The position numbers and the translations under genes are program-made. Below the pieces are notes generated by a model. The model saw only the letters and a program-made list of their open reading frames with translations. It was not told where the DNA came from and searched no databases. This document shows, piece by piece, positions 56,892-64,000 of a DNA stretch of 64,000 nt. Each line of letters begins with the position of its first letter. Positions within the stretch are counted from its first letter, which is position 1. Source of the stretch: Candidatus Omnitrophota bacterium (lineage in GTDB: Bacteria; Omnitrophota; Gorgyraeia; Zapsychrales; JANLHA01); contig JBBRHV010000006.1 in the NCBI GenBank assembly GCA_038222225.1, forward strand, positions 1,626-65,625, in the 5' to 3' direction.

Positions 56892-57002
56892 CTGGCCGGG
56901 ATTTCTATAAAATGGTTTTGGTAAAAATAAAAAATTATATGAATTTTAGATTTTATGTATAATAAGTGAACTTGCGGTTGTTTTATTAGGGATATTGAAG
57001 AC

Positions 57003-57011
57003 GAAGGAGAG
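57003..57011 (+). promoter_or_regulatory. Shine-Dalgarno sequence (GGAGAGG) for the aldolase gene
   Basis: aaggagaggaaaaa ATG: a purine-rich SD lies 6-8 nt upstream of the ATG at 57018. The 125-bp AT-rich intergenic region upstream also contains TATAAT at about 56957-56962. Confidence 0.5.
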
Positions 57012-57017
57012 GAAAAA

Positions 57018-57968
57018 ATGTATAGACCGGAAATTCGGGTGTTTGACTGCACGATCCGCGATGGCGGGTTGATGAACAACCATTTATTTGATCACAGTTT
57101 TGTCAGAGATGTTTATAAAGGATTATCCGAGGCTGGGGTTGACTATATTGAGCTCGGATATAAAAATTCCAAAGATCTTTTTTCGCCGGAGGAATACGGC
57201 GCCTGGAAATTCTGTGAGGATGACGAAATCCGAAAAGTGACCGAAGGCATTGAATCCAATGCCAAGATCTCGGTGATGGTGGATATCGGCCGGGTGAATA
57301 TGGAAGATATAAAACCGGCTTCTGAGAGTCCCGTGCACATGGTCCGCGTGGCCAGTTATGTGAAGGATATTGATAAGGGGATCTCGATGGCCAATGAATT
57401 CCATGATAAGGGTTATGAAACCACCATTAATATCATGGCTATTTCCAAAGATCAGGGGCCGGACCTCGAAGCCGCTCTTTATCAGATCGAAAAGGAAAGC
57501 AAGGCGGATGTGGTGTATATTGTGGATAGTTTTGGGTATTTTTATCAGGAAAATATTGAGCATTTGACCAAGTTGTATAAGAGGATTTTAAAGACACGCG
57601 AGATTGGTTTTCATGGTCATAATAATCAGCAGTTGGCCTTCGGCAACACGATTGAAGCGATTATCCATGGGGCGAATTTTCTGGATGCAACAATTTTCGG
57701 GATCGGCCGGGCTGCCGGGAATTGTCCGATCGAGCTTTTGCTCGGGTTCTTAAAGAATCCGAAATTTGATATCCGTCCGGTTCTTGATCTGATCTCCCGG
57801 GATTTTGTCCCGTTGCGTGAAAAGATCGAATGGGGATATGTCATTCCTTACGCGATCGCCGGTATGCTCAATGAGCATCCTCGCGCTGCTTTGGCTTTGC
57901 GAAAGACGGAGAAGAAAGAGAATTACCGTGATTTTTATGAGAGTTTGACTAATACGGGGTTGGATTAA
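57018..57968 (+). CDS. DRE-TIM metallolyase, 4-hydroxy-2-oxovalerate aldolase (DmpG/BphI)-like / pyruvate carboxyltransferase family
   Basis: DCTIRDGG resembles the DVTLRDGxH start, VYIVDSFG resembles IYMADSGG, and GFHGHNNQQLAFGNTIEAIIHGANFLDATIFGIGRAAGNCPIELL resembles [45 protein letters not shown] of HOA aldolases. A strong SD lies upstream. Confidence 0.8.
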   Translation: MYRPEIRVFDCTIRDGGLMNNHLFDHSFVRDVYKGLSEAGVDYIELGYKNSKDLFSPEEYGAWKFCEDDEIRKVTEGIESNAKISVMVDIGRVNMEDIKPASESPVHMVRVASYVKDIDKGISMANEFHDKGYETTINIMAISKDQGPDLEAALYQIEKESKADVVYIVDSFGYFYQENIEHLTKLYKRILKTREIGFHGHNNQQLAFGNTIEAIIHGANFLDATIFGIGRAAGNCPIELLLGFLKNPKFDIRPVLDLISRDFVPLREKIEWGYVIPYAIAGMLNEHPRAALALRKTEKKENYRDFYESLTNTGLD

Positions 57969-58147
57969 AAGACAGCGTAAAGGGAAGCGGCAGGTGATAG
58001 AAATACAATTGAAATATAATGGAAATACATAGAAATAAGAAATTCGGAAAAAGAGAAAGCTTAATCAGAGCAAGTAATCGTTAGGGTTTTTTATTTCAAT
58101 GTATGTCTATATTTTTCCATGTATTTCAATCTGTTTTTAATTTGAGT

Positions 58148-58777
58148 ATGAATATTTCCCAATTTAAAAAACTTCCTATTCTGGGCATCTTGCGCGGGAT
58201 CGAAAAGAAACAGGTTTATCCTCTGACCCGGGCCGTGATGGCCTCTGGTCTTAAGAGTATTGAGATCACCATGAATACGGCAGGCGCTGAAGACATGATC
58301 CGTGAGATGATCGCGGTTTCTGACGGTGAGCTGACCGTTGGGGCCGGAACAGTTTTAAATGCCGATGATATGGAGCGAGCGCTGAAGGCCGGAGCAGAAT
58401 TTATTGTGTCGCCTGTCTTTATTGAAGAGGTGGTCGCCTCCTGCAACGAACTTGATATTCCGGTTTTTCCCGGCGCGTTGACGCCTCAAGAAGTTTTTCA
58501 TGCGTGGAATGCCGGAGCCACCATGGTCAAGGTTTTTCCTACCAAACAATTAGGCCCCGGTTATATCAAAGAGCTGAAAGGGCCGCTTGATCAAATTGAA
58601 CTCATGCCCTGCGGCGGTGTGAGCAAGGACACAATCGCTGAATTTTTTAAGTGCGGAGCCTCAGCGGTTGGGTTTGGCGGAAGTATTTTCCGCAAAGAAT
58701 GGCTTCTGGCAGGTCAATATCAGCACATCACTGACGCTATTCGGGAGCTGATTTCAGCCTCTCAACAAGTGGCGTAA
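58148..58777 (+). CDS. eda: 2-dehydro-3-deoxyphosphogluconate (KDPG) / 4-hydroxy-2-oxoglutarate aldolase
   Basis: FKKLPILGILRG, GAGTVL, FIVSP, PGALTPQE, VKVFP and PCGG match Eda signature blocks in order. The ORF track gives an upstream ATG at 58103, but this would add a 15-aa hydrophobic extension not seen in Eda; the ATG at 58148 (MNISQFKK...) is preferred. Confidence 0.8.
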   Translation: MNISQFKKLPILGILRGIEKKQVYPLTRAVMASGLKSIEITMNTAGAEDMIREMIAVSDGELTVGAGTVLNADDMERALKAGAEFIVSPVFIEEVVASCNELDIPVFPGALTPQEVFHAWNAGATMVKVFPTKQLGPGYIKELKGPLDQIELMPCGGVSKDTIAEFFKCGASAVGFGGSIFRKEWLLAGQYQHITDAIRELISASQQVA

Positions 58778-58805
58778 TGTCTTGTGATGATAAGAGGCAT
58801 AGATA

Positions 58806-60353
58806 TTGCAGGGTGATAATATGAAAACTAAAAATGTTCAGGGAAGCGCGAAAAGTTTTTTTTCGGCAAGACGGATATTTTTAGTTGCAATCGTGGGCTA
58901 TGGGATCGGCATTCGTTTGGGTGAGTATTTAGCGAATCGCTCACTCTGGTTTGATGAGGCCATGTTGGCTTTAAATATCATCCACAAATCCTCCTGGGAA
59001 CTTATTACTCAGCCGTTAGATTACAATCAAACCGCTCCGATCGGATTCTTGGCGCTCACCAAACAATTGGTTTTGATGTTTGGAAACGGTGAACTTGTTT
59101 TAAGAGCTGTTCCTTTCTTGTCCGGTATTATTTCAGTCCCTCTTTTTTATAATGTCATTAAAAAATTCAGCGCAAGAAAAACGGCTTTGATCGCCTTAGT
59201 TCTGTTTTCCTTTTCCTCTTCCTTGTTGTTCCATAACACAGAATTCAAACAATATTCTAGTGATGTTTTCTTCGCTCTCATTATTTCATTGCTAGGAGTG
59301 GTTTTTTTAACGAAAAAGTTGACCTTTCAAAGGGGCATTCTTTTGGGAATGGGCGGGGCGGCTATGATATGGTTTTCACACCCGGCCGTTTTTATGCTCG
59401 GCGGAATTGGGCTGACGCTGTTGGTTTTTTATTTTTCAAACAAGAGGTGGAGAGAGTGTGCGCTTTTGTGTGCCAGTTTTATTCTTTGGGGGTTGAGCCT
59501 TATCGTTTTGTATGGTCTTTCTTTAAAAGCAATGGGGAATAATGTGTTTCTTGAGAATGCTTGGCAGCGTAATTTTATGCCTTTTCCTCCGCAATCTATC
59601 CGTGACCTGGGATGGTTTGTTGACTCATTTATTCAATTGTTTTCCGATCCAGGCGCGATCCGGCAGACTTTTTTTGGGGCAGCAGCTTTTGTTTTGGGAA
59701 GTTATTCCATGTTTAAAAGAGACAAATATCTCTTTTGGATGGCGTTGATGCCGATCATTCTGGCTTTGGGGGTTTCCGGCATTGGTTACTATCCGTTTAC
59801 GGGAAGGCTGCTTTTATTTTATGTTCCTTTCTTGTATCTTTTTATTGCAGAAGGTTTGGTGTTTTTAATGGATAAGCGTTCATATGTTCTCCGGGGAGCA
59901 GGCGTTGTTATGTTGGCGATTATCGTATGGTCGCCGAGCATCACGGCCTACAGACAGGTAACTCAGCGGATGTTTTATTCGGAAGAGCTTAAGCCGGTCT
60001 TGGATTATTTAAGAGAACACAGGGAAAAAGAGGATTTTATTTATATATACTATGGAGCCGAATACGCCTTCCGTTATTACGCGGGGCAGTATGGGTTTGA
60101 TGAGGACAATTTCATAAAGGGAAGTAAGTCGCGGAAGGATTGGAAGAAATACTGTGACGATCTTGATCAGTTCGAAAGGGGCGGGCGAGTTTGGTTCATT
60201 TTTTCGCATGTTTATTTTCGGGAGCAAAGGTCGGAAGAGAAGTATATGGTTGATTATTTAGAATCTATTGGGGACAGGCTGGATACTATTCAGGCCACTA
60301 GCGCCTCCGCGTATCTTTATGAATTTGCTGCTATCAAGACGGAGGGGATGTGA
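58806..60353 (+). CDS. GT39/PMT_2 (ArnT-like) membrane glycosyltransferase
   Basis: About 10 TM helices, with the N-terminal RSLWFDEA loop motif (DE catalytic dyad typical of ArnT/PMT GT-C enzymes) and a C-terminal soluble domain. AGAGG SD about 11 nt upstream. Confidence 0.7.
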   Translation: MQGDNMKTKNVQGSAKSFFSARRIFLVAIVGYGIGIRLGEYLANRSLWFDEAMLALNIIHKSSWELITQPLDYNQTAPIGFLALTKQLVLMFGNGELVLRAVPFLSGIISVPLFYNVIKKFSARKTALIALVLFSFSSSLLFHNTEFKQYSSDVFFALIISLLGVVFLTKKLTFQRGILLGMGGAAMIWFSHPAVFMLGGIGLTLLVFYFSNKRWRECALLCASFILWGLSLIVLYGLSLKAMGNNVFLENAWQRNFMPFPPQSIRDLGWFVDSFIQLFSDPGAIRQTFFGAAAFVLGSYSMFKRDKYLFWMALMPIILALGVSGIGYYPFTGRLLLFYVPFLYLFIAEGLVFLMDKRSYVLRGAGVVMLAIIVWSPSITAYRQVTQRMFYSEELKPVLDYLREHREKEDFIYIYYGAEYAFRYYAGQYGFDEDNFIKGSKSRKDWKKYCDDLDQFERGGRVWFIFSHVYFREQRSEEKYMVDYLESIGDRLDTIQATSASAYLYEFAAIKTEGM

Positions 60354-60409
60354 GAAAAATAAGCATTAGCTGGGTTTCCCGCTTGAGGAAAGCGGGGAGG
60401 CCGGCGGTT

Positions 60410-61468
60410 TTAAGGAAGGATCTGCGGGACCGGAAAGTCTTTGTGAAAATGAGGGGAATCTCCCCACTGGTCGTATCCGATCCGTTCTCCGATCGAATCA
60501 ATGCGGTTTTCCAAACATCCCCGGCAGAGCACGGCATTTTCATCCAGGCAGGGCTTATTGTCATAGAGGCGGTAGCTTTTGCGGTATTTGGTCGGCGTCA
60601 TATTCGGCATGATGATATTGGCGCCGGCCTTAAGCCCCAGTTCACGGCCTTCGGGCGACAGGGATTGAAGGGCTGTGGTGGAGGCGATGTTGACATCTTT
60701 CAACAGGATTCGTGTTAAGGCGATCATTTTTAATCCTAATTCCAAATTGTGCGGTCCGTCAAAATTTTTGGCTTCAGACGCCAGCGGCGTATCTTCATGC
60801 ACAATGTAGGGTCCCATTCCGATCATATCCATATTCTGGTTTTTAAAAAACAAAATATCTTCCGCCAGGTCTTCAATGGTTTGAAAGGGCAGCCCGATCA
60901 TGACGCCAGTCCCAACCTGATAGCCGTTTTGGCGTAAAACCTTAAGACATTCAAGACGTTGCGCGAAGTCGTGGCCTTCAGGGTGGATTTTTTGATAAAG
61001 TTTTTCGTTGGAGGTCTCGATGCGCAAGAGATACCGGTGCGCTCCGGCGGTAAACCAACGGCGCAGGGTGTCTGGGGAGTGCTCTCCCAAAGACAAGGTG
61101 ATGCCCAGGCGTCCTTCGCTCACGCGTTTGATGCCGTGTATAACCCGTTCGATAAAGTTTGTAAAAGCATCATCCTGACGTTCGCCGGACTGAAGGACGA
61201 TGGATCCGTATTTCATCTGGTCCGCTAAATAGGCGGTTTGAACAATTTCATCTTCGGTCATCTGATAGCGTTCAACGCGCTTGTTGCCTTTGCGGATGCC
61301 GCAGTAGAGACAGTCTTTTTGGCAGAGGTTGCTAAGCTCAATGATGCCGCGAAAATACACGATCGGGCCGACGTGCTCACACTTGATCCGGTAGGCCTCT
61401 GCATAGAGTTCTTCCAAGCGGGAAGGGTCGGTTGTTTCAAGCCATTGGATCAGTTCAGTTTTGTTCAT
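60410..61468 (-). CDS. Radical SAM protein of the HydE/BioB/PylB subfamily (probable [FeFe]-hydrogenase maturase HydE-like)
   Basis: CQKDCLYCGIRKGN is a CxxxCxxC radical-SAM motif in the HydE/BioB-like context (SNxCxxDCxYCGxR). Length 352 aa. Start overlaps the mnmA stop by 4 nt, consistent with an operon. Confidence 0.6.
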   Translation of the reverse strand: MNKTELIQWLETTDPSRLEELYAEAYRIKCEHVGPIVYFRGIIELSNLCQKDCLYCGIRKGNKRVERYQMTEDEIVQTAYLADQMKYGSIVLQSGERQDDAFTNFIERVIHGIKRVSEGRLGITLSLGEHSPDTLRRWFTAGAHRYLLRIETSNEKLYQKIHPEGHDFAQRLECLKVLRQNGYQVGTGVMIGLPFQTIEDLAEDILFFKNQNMDMIGMGPYIVHEDTPLASEAKNFDGPHNLELGLKMIALTRILLKDVNIASTTALQSLSPEGRELGLKAGANIIMPNMTPTKYRKSYRLYDNKPCLDENAVLCRGCLENRIDSIGERIGYDQWGDSPHFHKDFPVPQILP

Positions 61469-62559
61469 GGTTTGCCCCGGTCATTAGCTGTGACGAATAA
61501 GATGATGCCGCCACCGAGCAGTGTTCCGTCTTCGTCAAACAGAACAACGGATTGTCCTGGGGTGACGGCTTTTTGCGGTTCATCAAAAATAATTTTGGCC
61601 ATTTTTTTGGGAAGCATCTCAGCCCGGCAGGGCAATAAGTTTTTTCCGTAGCGGATTTTCGCAAACAATTTTTCGGGAAGAGGATCAGTGAAAAGGTTGA
61701 TGCTTCCGGCCAAAAGGGTCGTGGATCTCAGATCGGCCTCATCGCCGATCATCACGTCATGCGTATCGGCGTTTAAAGACACAACATATTGAGGTTTGCC
61801 AAGTGCAACTCCCAGTCCGTCGCGTTGTCCGATTGTAAAATGGATAATGCCGTTATGCTGTCCCAAGACAGTGCCTTTTGTATCAATAATATTTCCGGGC
61901 TCGACTGTTGGAACCCATTTTTTTACAAAGTCCGCGTATCCCTCGTCAGAAACAAAACAGATGTCCTGGCTTTGCGGTTTATTGGCCACCGGAAGACCGG
62001 CCGCGTGAGCGATTTTCCGCACTTCATCTTTGGTGTAGTCGGCCAGCGGAAAAAGGATGGAGTCTAAACTCTCCGGCGCAATACAGTAGAGAAAATACGA
62101 TTGATCTTTATTGGTGTCTTTGGCCGGCGTTAGAAAAAGCTGACCGTTGATGTCAGTCATTCTGGCGTAATGGCCGGTGGCCAGATAATCATAGCCGTTG
62201 TCTTTGGCGTATTTGAGAAGTTTTCCGAATTTTAGAAATCGGTTGCATTCCACGCAGGGATTGGGGGTGCGTCCTTGAGTATATTGTGTGACAAAATCCT
62301 TGATCACATGTTCCTGCATATCTTTGGAGAAATCCAGGACATAAAAAGGGATCTTGAGATGCTCGCAGACGGTTCTGGCATCGGCGATCGCGTCGCGCCC
62401 GCAGCAGCGCGTTTTGGGATTCTCCGGCCCGCCGTCAGGAAGGCCCAGACACATGGTGACCCCTTCGACGATATAGCCTTGTTCTTTCAGCAGATAGGCC
62501 GCTGTTGAAGAATCCACTCCGCCGCTCATGGCGACTAAGACGCGTTTAGGTTCGGACAT
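61465..62559 (-). CDS. mnmA: tRNA-specific 2-thiouridylase MnmA
   Basis: VAMSGGVDSS (PP-loop), RTPNPCVECN and ATGHYAR signature blocks; 364 aa. Confidence 0.9.
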   Translation of the reverse strand: MSEPKRVLVAMSGGVDSSTAAYLLKEQGYIVEGVTMCLGLPDGGPENPKTRCCGRDAIADARTVCEHLKIPFYVLDFSKDMQEHVIKDFVTQYTQGRTPNPCVECNRFLKFGKLLKYAKDNGYDYLATGHYARMTDINGQLFLTPAKDTNKDQSYFLYCIAPESLDSILFPLADYTKDEVRKIAHAAGLPVANKPQSQDICFVSDEGYADFVKKWVPTVEPGNIIDTKGTVLGQHNGIIHFTIGQRDGLGVALGKPQYVVSLNADTHDVMIGDEADLRSTTLLAGSINLFTDPLPEKLFAKIRYGKNLLPCRAEMLPKKMAKIIFDEPQKAVTPGQSVVLFDEDGTLLGGGIILFVTANDRGKP

Positions 62560-62687
62560 GATCTTGTTTTCCAGGTTATTGATCGTTAAGCCAGGGGTTC
62601 TACCCGTGGGCGTTCATTATACAGATTTTGGGGGGAAATATCAACCCGTAAACCACCTGGGGTTTTCGGCTTTGGTCCGTGGTGGAG

Positions 62688-63023
62688 TCAGCGAAGGGGT
62701 TTATACTTGGGACGAAAAAGCCGTATGAAACAGTTAAGGATAAAGACAGTTCCAAATCCCCAGAGCAGACTGTTGGCAAGAAAGACAGCCCATTCCAGGA
62801 CATCCGGCACATTTCCACTCATCCATGTTGTCCAGATGAATCGCCCGGGAAGCGAGAGAATGCCGGAAAACATACTAAATGGATCAAAGGAGGCGAGAGA
62901 CAGTTCTCCTTTATCAAAACGGATCATTGATGAGCTAAACGAAACCAAGATGCTGCAAAATGCGGCACCGGCATGAATAGCGGAAAAAAGCGCACCTAAG
63001 AAAATAAAGGTTGTTTCGTTCAA
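62688..63023 (-). CDS. Small hypothetical membrane protein (111 aa, TTG start)
   Basis: ORF with TTG start preceded by a good SD on the minus strand (AAGAGAGG-6nt-TTG). Two to three hydrophobic helices. Lies between mutL and mnmA in the same orientation. Confidence 0.45.
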   Translation of the reverse strand: MNETTFIFLGALFSAIHAGAAFCSILVSFSSSMIRFDKGELSLASFDPFSMFSGILSLPGRFIWTTWMSGNVPDVLEWAVFLANSLLWGFGTVFILNCFIRLFRPKYKPLR

Positions 63024-63060
63024 AAGGGACCTCTCTTAATACGAGCGATACTGTTTATGG

Positions 63061-64000
63061 TCAGGACCTTAAGAATTGTTTGTCAAGAAAATCGAGCGTC
63101 ATTTCCACCACTGTCGGCCGGCCGTGCGGACAGGTGAACGGATCCCGGCAGGTTAAAAGTTGTTCCCGCTGGAATTCTGCCTGTTGGGGCCTTAACACAT
63201 CGCCGGTCATAACGGAAGAGCGGCAGGCACGTCGGGCAATGGTTTCATGGTCACAGCGGGCGGGGTTGTCCCCGGCCAGCAGTTCGCGTACCGCGGATTC
63301 CGGATCTTTCACCAGAGTGGGATGAGTATGGATAGCGATCGTTTGGTCATCAAATTGCGATGTGGAAAATCCGATTTGTTCTAAGGTCTCTTGGGCTTCT
63401 TCCCAGACATTCAATTCCTGGGGGGAACTTTTCAAAAGATAAGGGGACAAAAGGTTTTGGATCTCAATACGGCTTTCCTGCATTTGCAGGATGAACTGTT
63501 CGAACATGATCCGTTCTTGGGCCGCATGCTGATCGATCAGAAGAAGGGCGGAGGAGGCTTCAAACAGAAGATACTTGTTCAACAAGGGGCCGATAAAGCG
63601 GCTGTTCTCCAATTTGGTTTTAAGCGATCCTGCGGTTTGTTCAAACAACTGGCTGCCCCAGCCTGAGGAGGCGAGCTGTTGAGGAAAGGTGTATTGTTCG
63701 GTTGCGTGTTGTTCCGCGGAAGTAAAGGGTTCGATATCGAAACTTTTGTCGAGGACATTTTGAAGGTCTTCCCGCCGGCGCACGGCCTGATCAATCAGGG
63801 CACGGATATTGGCGCCTGCCGGGTTTTGGGACTCATTCGGCACAGGGCTCATGGCCTGCTTGGGTCCGCTGGCTTGCAAGAGGCCTGATTCACAGATTTT
63901 CCGCAAAGCAGAGCAGACCGCCTGTTCGTCTTTGATCTTCACCTCTCGCTTGGTGGGGTGAATATTGACGTCGAGCGTGTTGGCCGGAAGCGTGAGAAAG
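63061..64000 (-). CDS. mutL: DNA mismatch repair protein MutL (C-terminal part; N-terminus beyond window end)
   Basis: C-terminal dimerisation-domain motifs ...CPHGRPT... and, continuing to the window edge, DVNIHPTKREVKI (the MutL DVNVHPTKxEV motif). Frame open to nt 64000. Confidence 0.85.
   Translation of the reverse strand, partial: FLTLPANTLDVNIHPTKREVKIKDEQAVCSALRKICESGLLQASGPKQAMSPVPNESQNPAGANIRALIDQAVRRREDLQNVLDKSFDIEPFTSAEQHATEQYTFPQQLASSGWGSQLFEQTAGSLKTKLENSRFIGPLLNKYLLFEASSALLLIDQHAAQERIMFEQFILQMQESRIEIQNLLSPYLLKSSPQELNVWEEAQETLEQIGFSTSQFDDQTIAIHTHPTLVKDPESAVRELLAGDNPARCDHETIARRACRSSVMTGDVLRPQQAEFQREQLLTCRDPFTCPHGRPTVVEMTLDFLDKQFLRS

Noticed and set aside
723-56085. Whether the periodic motif could be a CRISPR array or a DNA-level repeat (e.g. 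recombination site or mobile element scar)
   Set aside because: Spacing is highly irregular (39 nt to more than 3 kb) and the nucleotide sequence of the copies differs at synonymous positions while the peptide is conserved. The repeat is therefore selected at the protein level, not the DNA level.
3-56891. Possibility that the giant ORF is an artefact of a reassigned stop codon or of chimeric assembly of unrelated genes
   Set aside because: The ORF track shows the frame is open in the standard code (no in-frame TAA/TAG/TGA at all), so no recoding is needed. Composition looks uniform by eye and the conserved linker peptide recurs across the whole length, which argues for a single evolutionary unit. 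Chimerism cannot be fully excluded without reads.
56888-57079. 63-aa minus-strand ORF spanning the intergenic region
   Set aside because: AT-rich low-complexity translation overlapping the SD and start of the aldolase gene; likely spurious.
57123-57563. 146-aa minus-strand ORF
   Set aside because: Antisense to the well-supported aldolase CDS; His-rich nonsense translation.
57980-58100. Possible rho-independent terminator after the aldolase gene (…cgttagggttttttatttc)
   Set aside because: A T-tract is present but I cannot find a convincing GC-rich hairpin immediately upstream, so it is not reported as a feature.
58103-58147. Longer N-terminal extension of the eda ORF (ATG at 58103)
   Set aside because: It would add a hydrophobic 15-aa leader (MSIFFHVFQSVFNLS) that is absent from Eda homologues, which begin about 5-10 aa before the conserved ILRG strand. 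The 58148 ATG is preferred, though neither has a strong SD.
60350-60718. 122-aa + strand ORF
   Set aside because: Antisense overlap with the radical SAM CDS; no motifs.

Overview
The window is dominated by one uninterrupted + strand reading frame that runs from the window edge (frame open from nt 3; first possible start is GTG at 78) to a TAA at 56891. It encodes roughly 18,900 aa in a single frame, and the frame is already open at the window start, so the gene is probably 5'-truncated here. Within this giant ORF I recognise, from sequence motifs alone (no searches run), a long chain of unrelated domains: an N-terminal rhomboid protease, a phosphotransferase-like kinase, a PPP-type metallophosphoesterase, TPR repeats, a eukaryotic-like protein kinase, three GHKL (HATPase_c) ATPase domains, about six GNAT acetyltransferases, three SAM methyltransferases (one MidA/NDUFAF7-like), a GT2 glycosyltransferase, an alpha/beta hydrolase, a CPBP (Abi) intramembrane metalloprotease, a pol-beta nucleotidyltransferase, two paralogous CxxxCxxC (radical-SAM-like) modules, an HPr-like domain fused behind a 10-TM domain, a PLP fold-II enzyme, an alanine-dehydrogenase/PNT NAD-binding enzyme, four tandem XRE-type HTH motifs, an HExxH zinc peptidase, a SEC-C zinc motif, and several polytopic membrane segments. 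The most striking signal is a conserved heptapeptide, consensus [G/E/Q]-[T/V/A/I]-N-[A/S]-[A/S]-V-[L/I] (e.g. GTNAAVL, QVNSAVL), that recurs about 52 times at irregular spacing of 13 to about 1000 aa and cuts the ORF into protein-sized modules (mean about 360 aa). Some modules begin with their own Tat-type or lipoprotein-type signal peptide a few residues after the motif, and some are only 13-65 aa long. This looks like a giant modular 'polyprotein' (a proteome-in-a-gene) that may be cut at the recurring motif, possibly by its own embedded proteases; that is a hypothesis, not an established fact. Downstream of the giant gene lie ordinary housekeeping genes. On the + strand: a DmpG/HOA-family DRE-TIM aldolase, KDPG aldolase (eda) and a GT39/ArnT-like membrane glycosyltransferase. 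On the - strand: a HydE/BioB-like radical SAM protein, mnmA, a small TTG-started membrane protein and the 3' part of mutL. Lineage cannot be determined from sequence alone, but giant multi-domain genes of this kind are known from Omnitrophota-like uncultivated bacteria.
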